DNA of 63,081 nucleotides, filler included, from Reticulomyxa filosa (GCA_000512085.1; 19 parts of 19 records of this genome joined end to end with filler, not necessarily neighbours in it); one strand, 5' to 3'; counted from the first letter of the whole stretch, positions 1-14,421 are shown. The notes: generated by a model not told the origin, from the sequence alone. Numbers and translations are program-made.

Positions 1-840
1 TGAAGAAATCAAACAAAAAAGGAGACACACTTTGAACGAGTCTTTGAGTACTGTGTTTATTCGTAGCATAGTGATAAAATATAGCGGTATAAGTTACTCC
101 CAAAAAGATACTAATTATGTTTGGAAAAGAAATTGTTGCATTCTCTTTTAAAGTGCCATAAGTTGACCAGATAAATCCATTTACATAAAGCATTATGAAT
201 GTCAAAGGTGACAATGGCCCTGTTGATTTACTTTGTACGATCTTGCGAATCGTTGGAATACTAAGCAACAATCAAACATTTTTTTATCTGTGAGCAAGAG
301 GATGTTTTGGTCCCCCAAAACAAACGCAAGTGGCAGGAAAGAGAATAGACACCCGCTGAGTTGAAATAAAATAAATGCTAAAACAGGAATTGATTCTCCA
401 AATGTAATAATTTCTTTTCTTTCTTCCTCCATCACGATTAATTGAAGTTATCAATCAATGAGGATTTTCAAAAACTTCACCCGTGGCAAAATTCAAGCAA
501 GGAAAATTCCATCATTTTAGGTCAAATACTCAAATTGTTAATGTATAATTGCATTTAAGAAAGAGCTTTTTTTTACGGTTTGAAACGCATTCATGGAATT
601 AAAATGACATTGACTTTCTTCAAAATATTAAAACATTAAAAAAAGATAGAAACTTTTTTTTTGTTTAAGTTGGTGTATTTTCTTATTACTGAGATGATTT
701 GAATGGAAGAAAATGTGTAAAACGCCAAGGGGACTGAACGTTGAGCCGAAAGGTTACTCAAAAACTTGTTTTAAGTTGCCTTTGTTTTTTGTGTAAGTTC
801 TGGCGTGCTTCCTTGTGGCATAACTAAAAGACTGCTGCTA

Positions 841-2655
841 ATGTCAGGAAAGAAATCAGAGTATGCTGAAGAAGAATCAGAAGAATATGAGAAGAAGGTT
901 ACTTTTTTATTTTTGGTTTTAAAAAGATAACGGATTTATTATGATTTAGAATTGTGTTTTTGTGTAGTCACCAGAAGAACATGTATTAATTCGACCAGAT
1001 ACTTATGTAGGATCAATAGAAAAACAAAAAAAAGAAGTATGGATATTAAATGAAACAAAAACAGAAATGATAGAAGAAACAATAGAATATGTACCAGGAT
1101 TATTTAAAATATTTGATGAAATATTAGTAAATGCAGCAGATAATAAACAAAGAGATGAAGAAATGAAAAAGATAGAAGTAACAATAAATGAAAAAGAGAA
1201 ATATATAGAAATAATAAATGATGGAAAAGGATTACCAATAGGAATTCATAAAGAATATAATTGTCAAATAATAGAATTAATATTTGGTCATTTATTAACA
1301 TCATCAAATTATAATGATAAAAAAAAGAAGACAGTAGGAGGTAGAAATGGTTTTGGTGCAAAATTAACAAATATATTTTCAAAAAGATTTGAAATAGAAA
1401 CAATAGATAAAATAAAAAAGAAGCGTTATGAACAAATATGGAAAAATAATATGAAAGAAAAAGAAGAAGCAAAAATAACAGATTGTAAAAATAAGAATAG
1501 TTATACAAGAGTACGTTTTTATCCAGATTTTGAAAAATTTGGAATGATAGGATTTGAAAAAGGAATAATTAAATTAATAGAAAAACGTGTATATGATATA
1601 GCAGGTACAACATGGTCAAAATTAAAAGTATATTTAAATGGATTATTAATTAATATTAATTCATTTGAAGAATATGTAAAATTATATTTAGGAATAAATA
1701 AAAAAAAGAATAAAGAATATTTTATATATAAAGAAAAAGATAATAATAGATGGGAAATAATAATAGGATTATCAATAGAACAAGAATATAAACAAATAAG
1801 TCATGTAAATAATATTTGGACAATGAAAGGTGGAAATCATGTAAAATATATAATAGAACAAATAATAGATTATATAAGAAATAATTATAAAACAAAAATA
1901 AAATCAATTGGAAATATAAATGATATTAAAAATATATTAAAACCACAATTTATAAAAGATCAAATATTTATATTTATAAATTGTTTAATAGAAAATCCTA
2001 GTTTTAGTTCACAAACAAAAGAAGAAATGATATTAAAAAAAACAAATTTTGGAAGTGAATGTAATTTACCAGAAAATTTTTTAAAAAAAATATTAATATC
2101 AATACGTGATAATTTAGATGATCGTATACAATTTAAGATTAAACAAGATTCAAAAAAAACAGATGGAAAAAAGAATAATAATAAAAAATTAAGATTAGAT
2201 CCAGATATTATAGATGCAAATGATGCAGGACCTGGAAGTAATTGTGTATTAATATTAGTAGAAGGTAAATCAGCAAAAAGTTATGCACTTGGTGGTGTAA
2301 GTGTTCTTCCTGGAGGAAGAAATAAATATGGAATATTTCCTTTACGAGGAAAATTATTAAATGTTAGAGATGAAAATAAACTTAAAATAAGTAAAAATAA
2401 AGAAATATCTAATTTAAAACAATTATTAGGATTAAGAGAAGATGTTAATTATAATGATTTAAATATATTTGAAACATTAAGATATGAAAAAATAATGATA
2501 ATGACAGATCAAGATTATGATGGAAGTCATATAAAAGGATTAATTATAAATTATTTTCATAATGGATGGCCAGAATTAATAATAAAGAATGGTTTTTTAA
2601 CACAATTTATAACACCAATAGTTATGGTATCAAAAAAACATAACAATAATAATAA
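841..2655 (+). CDS. TOP2: DNA topoisomerase II, N-terminal part (GHKL ATPase, transducer, TOPRIM); join(841..897,968..>2655)
   Basis: A GT-AG intron at 898-967 joins MSGKK...YEKK to SPEEHVLIRPDTYVGS. Motifs: FDEILVNAADN, GGRNGFGAKLTN, LVEGKSA, FPLRGKLLNVR, IMTDQDYDGSHIKGL. Truncated by the contig end. Confidence 0.96.
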
Positions 2656-2755
2656 NNNNNNNNNNNNNNNNNNNNNNNNNNNNNNNNNNNNNNNNNNNNT
2701 TAATTAATTAANNNNNNNNNNNNNNNNNNNNNNNNNNNNNNNNNNNNNNNNNNNN
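2656..2755. other. Artificial contig linker (first of 18)
   Basis: Identical N44-TTAATTAATTAA-N44 100-mers with stops in all six frames, starting at 2656, 8086, 10270, 18237, 21215, 23528, 25364, 29715, 32309, 36252, 38394, 44190, 45841, 47631, 52999, 54326, 56002 and 57738. Confidence 0.98.
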
Positions 2756-3204
2756 AGACGTTCGATCTGCAGTTTCGAATGACGCAGTTACAGACGTGGG
2801 ACAATACGAAGGACAAAAGCGAGGAGGAGGACAAGAAGAAGAAGAAGAAGACAACAACGACAACGATCGATGCAACAATACTGACTAAAAGACACAAGCG
2901 ACGTGCTCAAGTGACCAAAGGAACTCAGAAAGGTCTTGAAACAGAAACTGCTCTTGGGCGAAGACTTACAACATCCTATGAAAAAGCACAGCACCAACGT
3001 CGCAAAGAGGTACCCGATCCGTACTTTGGTTCTTGGGATGATGATGGCACTACTTGGGAACGCAGAAGAAACTACGAACAGATGGCCTTCTTGCAACAAA
3101 TCGCAAATGAACCCAAAGTCTTTGCTGGCAAACTTGGAGAGGATGTCAAAGCTGATGAAAAAGAACCAACGTCGACTATTCCTTCCAAAACCTATCTATT
3201 CTAA
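2756..3204 (+). CDS. 3' end of a hypothetical charged protein
   Basis: Frame open from the contig start to TAA at 3204. Coding-like composition, followed by AT-rich sequence. Confidence 0.55.
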
Positions 3205-4772
3205 TTCATATTCGCCAAACTTCTTCCAATACTTTAGAAAAAAAAATATCTTGAAACAAAAAATGAGTTAGTAACAAAATTCAAAATGGAATGTGAATAC
3301 AAGTAAAGTTTTTGATTTCTGCAATGGACTAAACAATTTCTAACTTAAACTTAAAGACCTGATAAATCGATTTAAAAAAGTGCCTTTGGTGTAGATGCGA
3401 CTTTGACAGCTGCTCATTTCAAAAAAAACTTTCAAAGAAAAAAAAAGGATCGAATTTACTAAAAAAAAAAGAAAAGGTCTAAACACTCCCAAACAGAAAA
3501 ACAGGCAAAAAAAACATTTGAGAGCAGTTTATGTTGTAGTATGAAAGACTCTCTTTGTCAGTTTATCTCGGTTTACTTGTTGAATGATAATTTCGCTTTC
3601 ACCATTCGTTTTTTGGTAAATAGATCATTCTTCTTGAAGATCTTGCAAATAATGGCACGTATTTATACTTAATTTTTGTTCTACAAATTTTTCGAAAGAC
3701 TAAACTGTCTTGACAATCGAAATTTAATATGAAATTTAAAATGTAAAGAATGTTTAGTTTGAAAAGTTCTAAAAAACATTTTTAAATTGTTGTTTATGCC
3801 AAAGTGGTTGCACCACAAAATTAAACGAGCGCACAAACTAACAAAAATACTAAAAAACTATTTTTGTCCAACGAGACTTCCATATGCCCCCCTTTTGGTG
3901 TGGTTTAGTTTTAGTGTTCCGTTGTACCGTTTCATTGTACTTCCTTCCTTTTTTTTGTCTTCATTTAACTTTTATTTGCTTTGAACCTTAACAATTTCTC
4001 GTTTGCGTTGAGAAATTTTTTGCGAAAAAAAGAAAACCTTTCAATGAATACAACGCTTTTGTTGCTATTTAGCGTTGCAACAAGTTAACTTTGTGTTTTT
4101 TTTGTTTTGTATGCAATAACTTTTTTTTGACTTTTCCTAGAGATAAAGAAAACTATATTTTTTTCGCAACACAATTGTCTTTCCACAAAAAGAGTTTTTT
4201 TCCACATAAAAATTGGTTGTTTTTTTGTGTTTTAAAAAAAAGGTTTTGCACAGACACATGGAATAATAATACTAAGCACCTGTTCACAATTGGATCCCGA
4301 TGGTGACAACTGGTGGGTAGACAGGTTGAAACAAGATTCGACAAACTGTAAATCGAAGTTGTACAAACAATTATTATTTTACAAAGTTAATGAGAACGTG
4401 TTCATTTCATGTCCTCAAAAAATTGCAAGCAAAATGGGTAGCAAAAAAATAAAAAAACGTATAATGAAAAAAAAAAATTTTTTTTTTTGCTAACCAAAAA
4501 GGTTACACGTATAAACGCACAAAGGCTTAAAAAAATAAAATATTTAAATAGCTTTGAAACAAGATTTCGTTATTCAATGAATCGAGCCAAGTTTACGTCC
4601 GAATGACTCCAGATTGGATATTCACTGAATTTTGGTATCCTTATCAATTTTCGTTGGGATATCACACTGGTAAATTCCTTTTTAAAAATATTTTTTTAAA
4701 TGTCCCAAATTAAAATTTTTTTTTTAATTGATATGATATATAGCAAGTACTTCCAAGCAGCTTGCTAAATCA

Positions 4773-7690
4773 ATGACCAATGCATCAGCACAGCAGGTTA
4801 TTCGAATCAAGAAGCGTATGACTTTATTGCTAAGCGAACAAAGGACCAAGAATAATTGTTGGGACGAATTTATCGGAAGCAACACCTTTTTGAATACTGG
4901 CGATACGGACCAAGACCCAGTATTCTGTTGGGCGTTTTTCGAAGAAATCTTTCATGATAAGCCATTAATTTGGGAAATAGATAAGCTTCAGGTGGTTGTC
5001 CACTCAAACAACATGGACTTGTTTGTGATTATGGATGCGTCCAAGTCAATTTCGGGCGACAGTTTTCAACGAGAGAAAACATGGGCGCAACAATTGTTTG
5101 AGAGAATTAAAAGAAAATACGTGCGGATGAATGCAGCTATGGTGGCACAAGGACCCACAGATCTCAACGTGTGTCACTGCCAGCCAAGTTGTCACCCTGA
5201 AGAACTGAATTCGCAATGTCTTATGTGTCAAACCAAGTTTTGTTTTTTGTGCAACTAATAGTATTTTTTATTTGCCAAAAATATGTTCAATATAAGTTTT
5301 TGACTTGCAACAGACCATCAATCAAGCAACCAACGAAACATCCAATAAAACCTCGACAAAACCCCAACAAGCATCACACAAAAGTCCAATCAGACATCAA
5401 CCAAAGCACCAACAAGTCACCCAACTTCGAGCCCAATTTCGTCTCCAACAGTACACGCAATTCCAAGTGATGCCGTTGGAATGTTGAAGCCAAAAAAGAA
5501 TCATCGATCAAAGCTGGCGAAATATTCAAAGTTATACGATCTGTCATTATCCAATTTGTGATGCAAAAAGAGTTGGATTTGGGCGATTAAAAGGCAATAC
5601 ATGTTTACGGAGTGGGACTTTAACAAAATTAACGGACTCGTAGGGCTTGGCGAACATGGAAATCGGACAACAGATTCACATGATCACTTATTTGATAGCC
5701 CAACTTGGGATGTGACCAATAAGAAATGACATCAACTTTTGTTGGTCAACACAAACTGGAAGCTTTGGCACCAACAAGCGCGCCGACACATCTACAACGT
5801 TGACGACATATTTGTCAACGTATTCCCCAACAAGCGCTCCAACATTTTCGCCAACGTTTTCCCCAACTTTCTCCAACATTTTCTCCGCAGATGCTCCAAC
5901 ATATTCACCAACACGCCCCAACTTTTTCTCCAACAGGAGCACCACAAGCGCTCCGACATTTTCCCCACAATAATCGCGTATTCGCCAACAATGCCCAATG
6001 GATACGCTGGCATTATGTCCAACCTATTCTCCAACGGGTGCACCGACATTTAGCATACACCAATTTTTCGCCAACGAAAGCCCACAGAGTCGCAACACGG
6101 TACCAATGATTCTCCAACGAATGTCCCAACACAAAGTCCGACCTTCAACGTATTCACCAACGATGCACCAGCATTCAGTCCCACGTATTCGCCAACGAAT
6201 GCGCAACTTTCTCCGACTTATTCCCCAACGAGCGCACCAACATTCATCGACTGAGCTCCAAAATTCGTCCAACTTATTCGCCAACAAATGCTCCAACGGT
6301 GCACCGACCTTCCTCCAATATATTCCCCAACGAGCGCTCCAACATACAATCACACGTACCACAACTTATTTACCAACCAATGCACACACACAGTCGCCAA
6401 CTTTTCTCCAACATTTCGCCAACGGGCGCACCAACATTATCACCGACAAATGCGCCAACGGAGTCTCCAAATAACGCGCCAACACAGCCACCAACCTATT
6501 CCTCTACTTACTCCCAACGAGTGTTCCAATGGTGATACCAACATAGTCACCAACATGTTCCCCAACAGCGCTCCAACATACTCGCCAACATTTTCTCCAA
6601 CTGACGACTCAACAAGCGCTCCAACGTAGTCTCCAACAAATACCCCGACACTTCACCGACTGATGCTCCAACGTGTTCACTAACAGGTGCTCCAAAGTAC
6701 TCACCGACTGCTTTGCAACAGGGTGCACCAACATACTACCAACGGACAGTCCAACATATTCCCCAACTGTGCTCCAACAAGCCTCCGACACAATCACCAA
6801 CAGACAGCCCGACTTAAATCAATGATCCACCAACTGGCGCTCCAACGTACAGTTCAACTTATTTTCCAACAAACACTCAACGGAGTCGGACGAATACTGC
6901 AACAATAATCAACTTCACATATTCACCAACATTCCAACTCTCGCCCAACATATTCCACAACGTACTATCAACGGCGCTCCAACGTACTCCGCCTTTTGCC
7001 AACGTTTTCACAACAAGCACTCCAACATTTTATGCACTACATTCGTCGAACTTATTTGCCAACAAATACTCCAACGGATGCAACTTTCTCTTCAACATAT
7101 TCAACGAACGCTCCAACATTGTACCACATACTCGCCAACCTATTCACCAACGAGTCACCGACCGATGCACACACAGTTGCCACTTATTCTCCAATAATGC
7201 CCCAATGAGAGCTGTACATTATGTCCAACATATTCTCAACGGTTCCCGACATTTAGTCCCACGTACTCGCCAACGAAGTCGCCAACTAACGCGCCAACAC
7301 GTCATCAACGTATTCCAACTTTCACCAATAAATGCGCCAACGGAGTCACCAACGGGTGCACCAAATTCTACCCAACTTTTCGCCAACTTATTCACCGACG
7401 GATGCACCAATATTTCCGACATATTCGCCAACGTATTTGCCAACGAGATTCCAACGAAGACAACATAATACGAACATTCTCACCAACTATTCACCACGGG
7501 CTCCGACATACTCGCCAAACAATCGCCAACGGACAGCACAATTTATTCCCAAAGGCTCCAACATTCAATACAAACTATCCCCAACTGGTGCTCCAACACA
7601 ATCACCAATTTACTCCAACATATTTGCCAACGGGCACTCCAACGTATTCGCCAACATACTCGCCGTCATTAGCAAATTTGTAACGAGGAC
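4773..7690 (+). pseudogene. vWA-domain plus Pro/Thr (PTYSPT) repeat surface protein, heavily frameshifted
   Basis: MDLFVIMDASKSIS is a vWA MIDAS DxSxS motif. About 2.3 kb of CCAAC-rich sequence gives PTYSPT/PTGAPT/PTESPT fragments scattered over all three + frames. Confidence 0.7.
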
Positions 7691-8197
7691 CTTTGACGTA
7701 TTGAAGCACTCGCTACGCAAAGAAAAAAGACATGTTCTATTCACCGCAAGTGTTGCTTGTCATGTTATTACGTAACGTTTTGCGCGTGATGACCAATGAA
7801 GCAACGAAGAAGACAGGCCAAGAGCTTAGATATATTGAAAACCAACTATCCAAAGAACAAGATGGACGAATATGAACCATTGAATGGGAGATCTTCAAGT
7901 CTTTTCGCTGGTTCGCCACAAAGGCAAATGAGCACATCATTCAAAAGTTCCGTCGCGAGGTGGCCAACGCGAGAAGACAGCAGCGTCTTGAAGAGAAGAA
8001 AGCACGCAAGTTGGCTTTGATTACGGCCAAAAACATACACAAAAACAAAAGCGCAATTACGAAGCGAGATGAATTGATCGAACAANNNNNNNNNNNNNNN
8101 NNNNNNNNNNNNNNNNNNNNNNNNNNNNNTTAATTAATTAANNNNNNNNNNNNNNNNNNNNNNNNNNNNNNNNNNNNNNNNNNNNTATATATATATG

Positions 8198-8233
<36 letters not shown>

Positions 8234-8240
8234 GACATAC

Positions 8241-9030
8241 TGCTTGTTGACATTCTTGAATGGCACTAGTGACGAGAAACTCGTGATGATGATCCAAGAA
8301 CAACTTAACATTCAAAGGCGTTGGAGGCTCGGCCAATGTGGACGACAGTATTTGTATGGTGTCGTCGGCGCCAAGTGGCTTGATCGCCATGCTGCCTATT
8401 GAAGTGGCAATGGACACAGGAACAGCCACTGCCGCACTCACTGTGAGGTCGCCTCGTCCGCCCGTCTTCCCTGGACTCATCAGTGCTCGTGTCTTCTCTC
8501 TTTCTTGCATGTTTAGTATTCCCAATGGCTCTCCGATCACTCCTTTCATCTCCTCCACGCTCGACCTTTCTCGCAAGGCATTGGCGTTTATTACATTCAT
8601 AAATTCCATTTGCGATTTCCAATCGACCCCGGCTTCCGTTGCAAATTCCATACTTTTTATTATATAACAATAGATGCATTTTTTTTTAAAAAAAAAAAAA
8701 AAAAAAAAAAGGGGAGGGTATTGGTTGGTTAAAGGAGAGGAAAAAAAAAAAAAAAAAAAAAGGCTTTTTTTGGTCCGTAGCATTCATTGTCCTGCCTCCT
8801 TATACCAACATTTTTTTGCTTGGGACAGCCGAAAAACGCTGCGATACTTGCTTTTGGGCCTTTTTTTCTATGTCCTGCAACGGCTCCAGCAAGGGCTCTG
8901 TCATCCCTGTCAAACTTTTCGACCATTCCACTAGTCTTCTGAAATCTGATACTCCGGTTGGTACATAATTTTTTGGTTCGGAGTCCTCTTTATCATTTTC
9001 TTTTGATTTCTCATCATTTTCGGTAGACAT
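8241..9030 (-). CDS. NUP93: Nucleoporin Nup93/Nic96-like, N-terminal two exons (about 9030-8810 and 8652-8241), partial
   Basis: DFRRLVEWSKSL...LQDIEKKAQ, then AGVD, then NVKLFLDHHHEFLVTSAIQECQ. This matches the Nup93 N-terminal pattern as I recall it (FGELLQQAEQL..LQEIQQ..GLD..DIQGFLKNE..LLSAIEES). Confidence 0.62.
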
Positions 9031-9578
9031 GATAGAAAGAAATTTCTTTTTTCCCTCCTTTTTTTTTTCTTTTGGTTTCTGAATTTATTCGCAAACTACA
9101 CAAAATATGTTATGTGCATCCAATTTGCTTTTGAAAATGCTCGCTGTCTTGAAGGATACATTTTTCTGGAAATACTGTGCTCTCAATTTTGCAATAATTT
9201 GCAAAAAAAAAAATGGAAACACAAAACACAATTTTAAAAAAATCAAAGCTTAATAATTATTTATTTGCTAATAGTAAAAAAAATTAACTTTTAACAATAT
9301 TAAAACATTTAAAACTTATGACCTTTGACTTTATGTAAAGCTATTTGCTTCTGAGCGTATAATGTTTTTGCTTCGGAACAAGTAAAAATATATTAACATT
9401 TAATCAAAAGAAAAGAAGTATAATTAAACAATTGCATGTAGGAAGTGATAGATGTTGTGAGTGAATTTAGGGTGTTCATTACTTAGACAATAACCAGTGA
9501 CGGTAAAGTTGTGTCTTAAACTGCGCCGTAGTGCAGAAAGGGGTAAGTAAAATTCTCCATGCAGCCCTGGTCGTCGGA

Positions 9579-10018
9579 ATGCCTGCAGTGATTTGTGAAG
9601 GAAGAGAAAATGTGCTTGCCGCAGGGCAAGGTTTTTTCATATATGTGCTTTGTTTTATCATGCATAAGCACAAAACATTACAACAATCACGTTGTACGCA
9701 CTGACACGTCAGACACGTGTTACCTCCAAACTGTAAAAAAAAAAAAAAAAAAAAAAAAGTTGTGAGCTACTCGTTACTCGTACCTGTTCATGTAGCATTA
9801 ACAGTGTACACGATTTACAATTTGATGAAAGGGCCAATGGTGCGTGGGATTTTGCAAATCAGTTGTGGATTTTATTTCCTCTTTTCAGTGGTATATGTGA
9901 CTATGAATGGGATCCATGACACGTTGGGAAGAGAGTACGCATGGCCGGCCCTGGACATTATGTACTGTCGAATCTTTGTGCCCATTACTTGGGGTAGTGC
10001 CTACTGTTACAGTCTCTG
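9579..10018 (+). CDS. Multi-pass, 7TM/GPCR-like membrane protein, 5' part; join(9579..9630,9760..10018)
   Basis: A phase-compatible GT-AG intron gives MPAVICEGRENVLAAGQ|VVSYSLLVPVHVALTVY...ILQISCGFYFLFSVVYVT...YCRIFVPITWGSAYCYSLW: three hydrophobic helices with Cys at the top of the third. Confidence 0.5.
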
Positions 10019-10471
10019 GTACAACAAGCATACATACGTATATATATATATATATATATATGTGCATATATGCAGCCACAAGCATTCCTCAAACTACGTA
10101 TACCACTTGTGTGATCCATTGGCAAATTTATATGTTTATGACATATTTACGATTATTATTTATTATTTATTATTAAAAGAAAAAAAAAGAGGGGACATAT
10201 TTTTATTTTAAAGAAGTTAGTATATACATGCACATCACATTTGTGCGACATGCACACACACATACAAAANNNNNNNNNNNNNNNNNNNNNNNNNNNNNNN
10301 NNNNNNNNNNNNNTTAATTAATTAANNNNNNNNNNNNNNNNNNNNNNNNNNNNNNNNNNNNNNNNNNNNCAACAAAGCAAATTTAATATTGAAACAACCT
10401 TCGTATTTTATTTTATTTTTTTTTTTTTGGCAAGTGTCCATTTTTTTAAAAAAAGTTTAATAAAAATTTAC

Positions 10472-11606
<1,135 letters not shown>

Positions 11607-12015
11607 GCTTGTGTTGTTTCAGAGATTTTATCTCAAATGGAAATACAAATCTCCTTTTTGATTTCCTTTCCCCTCTTTAAACTGGGGCCGATGTACACGT
11701 ATGCTTCAACTTAGAAATATATTTATATTTGAAAGAGGTTTTAAAATTGATGTTTTTCTTTGAAAATAGTTAAATCATTAATCAATCCCTGAAAGACAAA
11801 AGAAAAATTAGAATTTAAACAAAAAAAAGAAGTTCAATTACTGTACACCAATCAAACGCAATGCCAAAACCCGATGTGTATTCTTTTTTCCTTCTTTTTC
11901 CAAAAAAAAAAAAAAAAGGAGATGAGTCAAAGCTGAAGGAGAGCGAGCGAGAAAGAAAAATTATTTTTGTTGAAAAAAGTTGCTAAGATTTAAAAACAAA
12001 CCAAAAAAAAAAAAT

Positions 12016-13431
12016 CTAAACAACAAGACATCTCGCCATACAGGATTGTCTCTCTCCGTTGGGCTGCAACGCATTATCGATGTATGGTGGTAAGTCTCCA
12101 GCAGTATTATCTTGATGGTGTCCCTGACGTTTTCCCTCCAAAGAATTGACTTTTTTCAGGACCTCTACAATTTCTTCCTGAATGATGACCTTGTTGATGT
12201 ACGTAAAACCTTCTAACGACTTCTCAAATTCCGGGGTGATTCTAAGTTTATTGAACATATCATCTTGTGGAGGTCTTCCAATACTCTGTTGGCCTTCCGC
12301 ATGAATTTCATCCAAGGATGGGATGAAAGGAGGGTCCAAATACCCAGCTTCGAGCAAACCAAAATCAGCACTGTCAAACCATGGGTGCTGCTTAATTTCA
12401 TGAATTCCATTGGCGCCTAATCTTTTCCGGGGATTTTTGCACAGCAAGCCTTTCACCAAAGATCGAGCATTCGCACTAAAGTATTCCAAAGGAAACGAAG
12501 GTTCCATTTCGACCACATTGCGATCCAATTCCGCCGTTTGATTTCGCTGCTTGTCATCTTTTTGTGGTTCACGAGCGCGATTACGTCGAACAGACTGAAA
12601 GGGTTTTTTCCCGCATAAAAACCTACATTCCAAAATGAACCACATTTTTTTTTTTTTTTTGGGAGAGGTAGAGGGAAAAAAAAAACGTGCCCCCCCTCCC
12701 CTCATTCCTTCCTTATTTCCATCGAAACATCAAAAAAAAAAAAAAAAAAAAAAAAATTTTTAACGAAACCTGTAAATCATCACTCCCAAACTGAAGAAAT
12801 CGACAACATGGTCATAATGATGACCCAAGACAACTTCAGGAGCGGTATAACCAGGTGTGCCGGCGTATCCACGAACCTCTTTTTTTCGCCGCGTTCATCT
12901 CGCATTCGCACAGCCAATCCCAAATCACTCAGTTTGATGTTTCCTTTGTCATCCATTAACACATTTTCCAATTTCAAATCGCGATATACGATATGTTTGT
13001 TGTGGATGTGTTCCAAGCCAAGTAATACTTGGGCGGCATAAAATCGGCTACGCTCCTCATTGAACACTTTTTCGTGGTTTAAATGGTACTTCAAGTCACC
13101 TCCAATCATCAAATCCAATACCAAGTACAATGTACTCTCGTCCATAAATGCATATTTGAGCGATGTCACAAAGCGGCAATCATTCGCACCAATCCCGATG
13201 TCTGCCAAAAAATTGCGTTCGCTCATTATCGCCTCAATGCTGTCTGTTCCTTGGACCCGTTTCTTGTTGATTTGTTTCATCGCATATAATTTCCCTGTGT
13301 CCTTTTTTTTGCATGCATTCACGACTCCAAAGGCGCCACGTCCTAACATTCGCATTTGATAAAAGTCACGTATGGTTACCTAGTTTCATTGTTAATTGTG
13401 TTCCCCACGGATCCCAGCATAATTAGTTTAA

Positions 13432-13464
<33 letters not shown>

Positions 13465-14421
13465 TTAACTGTTTGTGATTTTTCTTCAATATATGCTTGA
13501 CAGCGTAAGTACATTTGATACCATCTGCTTTTTACAAATCTGGGAAACACATCCAACCGTAAGTCATTGATCACCTCTTCCGCCACTTCATTGAAAATTT
13601 CCTTATTGACGATTGCTTCTTCTTCTATTCTTTTCTTCAACCTTTCTATTGGACGTCCATATACGCCTATATTGTTTGTATTTTCTGTCAGCAATGACAT
13701 CCGATATTTCAATGGGTCCGTGTCTTTTTCTTCGTGATGTTGCTGTTCTTCTATTCGATGTTCAACAAACTTTTTTTTTTTTTTTTCTTTTCCCTTCTTT
13801 TGTCGACATTTCAAAAATTATACGTTTCTAAAAAAAAAATAAAATTGGGATGATTTTGTAATTTAGTTAATTATTTTTTTTTTTTTATGTTACGTTTTAT
13901 GTCGTCCCCTTTTCCTTCTTTGCCATTGACATCCTCAATCTTTTCAAACACAGAAAGCCCTTGATTTCGAGAGTCAATGTTCCAGATATCCTCCTCTTTT
14001 TGTGGCGCGCAAAAACGACTAAAAATTTTGCTTGCCACTTGTTCACGTGCTCTTGGATCTTGAAGCGTTTTGAACACCTTCATTGTAAATATATTGTGTT
14101 ATCATTATTTTTTTTCCCTTTTTTTTTGTTAGAGCACTTTTTGCACGCAACTTCGACATCGGATAAGAACACCGCTTTATCAACACTATGCTCGTTAATT
14201 AAGAATGACTTCATCAAGTGATATCCTACTGGTTCTTTGAAAAATATTTTTTCAAAGGTCAGTTGCTTCTCGCTCATTAGTTTTTGCTCTAGCTGGCTTG
14301 TGTTGGCTGAGTTTTGAAGCTCTTTCCAAAACGGCATTTTTTTGTAATTCGCCGCGTCTCTTTCTCTAATTTCTGTCAGCAATTGCTGATCCATTGCTAG
14401 ATGAATAATATCGTCGTACAT
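12016..14421 (-). CDS. GRK: G-protein-coupled receptor kinase (RGS-homology domain, AGC kinase, C-terminal CaaX), about 5 exons
   Basis: RH domain (TFEKIFFKEPVGYHLMKSFL...LDVFPRFVKSRWY). Kinase motifs DFYQMRMLGRGAFG, GKLYAMK, LDLMIGGDLKYHL, YRDLKLEN, LSDLGLA, RGYAGTPGY (after a 1-nt shift at 12880-12886). AGC tail PPFIP. Ends CLVV*. Confidence 0.92.

Noticed and set aside
202-435. Small - strand ORF divergent from TOP2
   Set aside because: It may be a first exon, but it has no recognisable motif or verifiable splice partner.
841-2655. Giant-virus or organellar origin of the AT-rich topoisomerase II
   Set aside because: A clean 70-nt GT-AG intron restores the conserved N-terminal motif, which favours a nuclear gene. 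Not fully excluded without a phylogeny.
2656-2755. Recurrent palindrome TTAATTAATTAA as a biological repeat
   Set aside because: It is always centred in exactly 44+44 Ns, so it is an artificial six-frame-stop linker. Gene neighbourhoods across linkers carry no meaning.
12880-12886. Programmed ribosomal frameshift in GRK
   Set aside because: The same 1-nt homopolymer deficit appears in unrelated genes, including the bacterial contig, so sequencing error is the simpler explanation.
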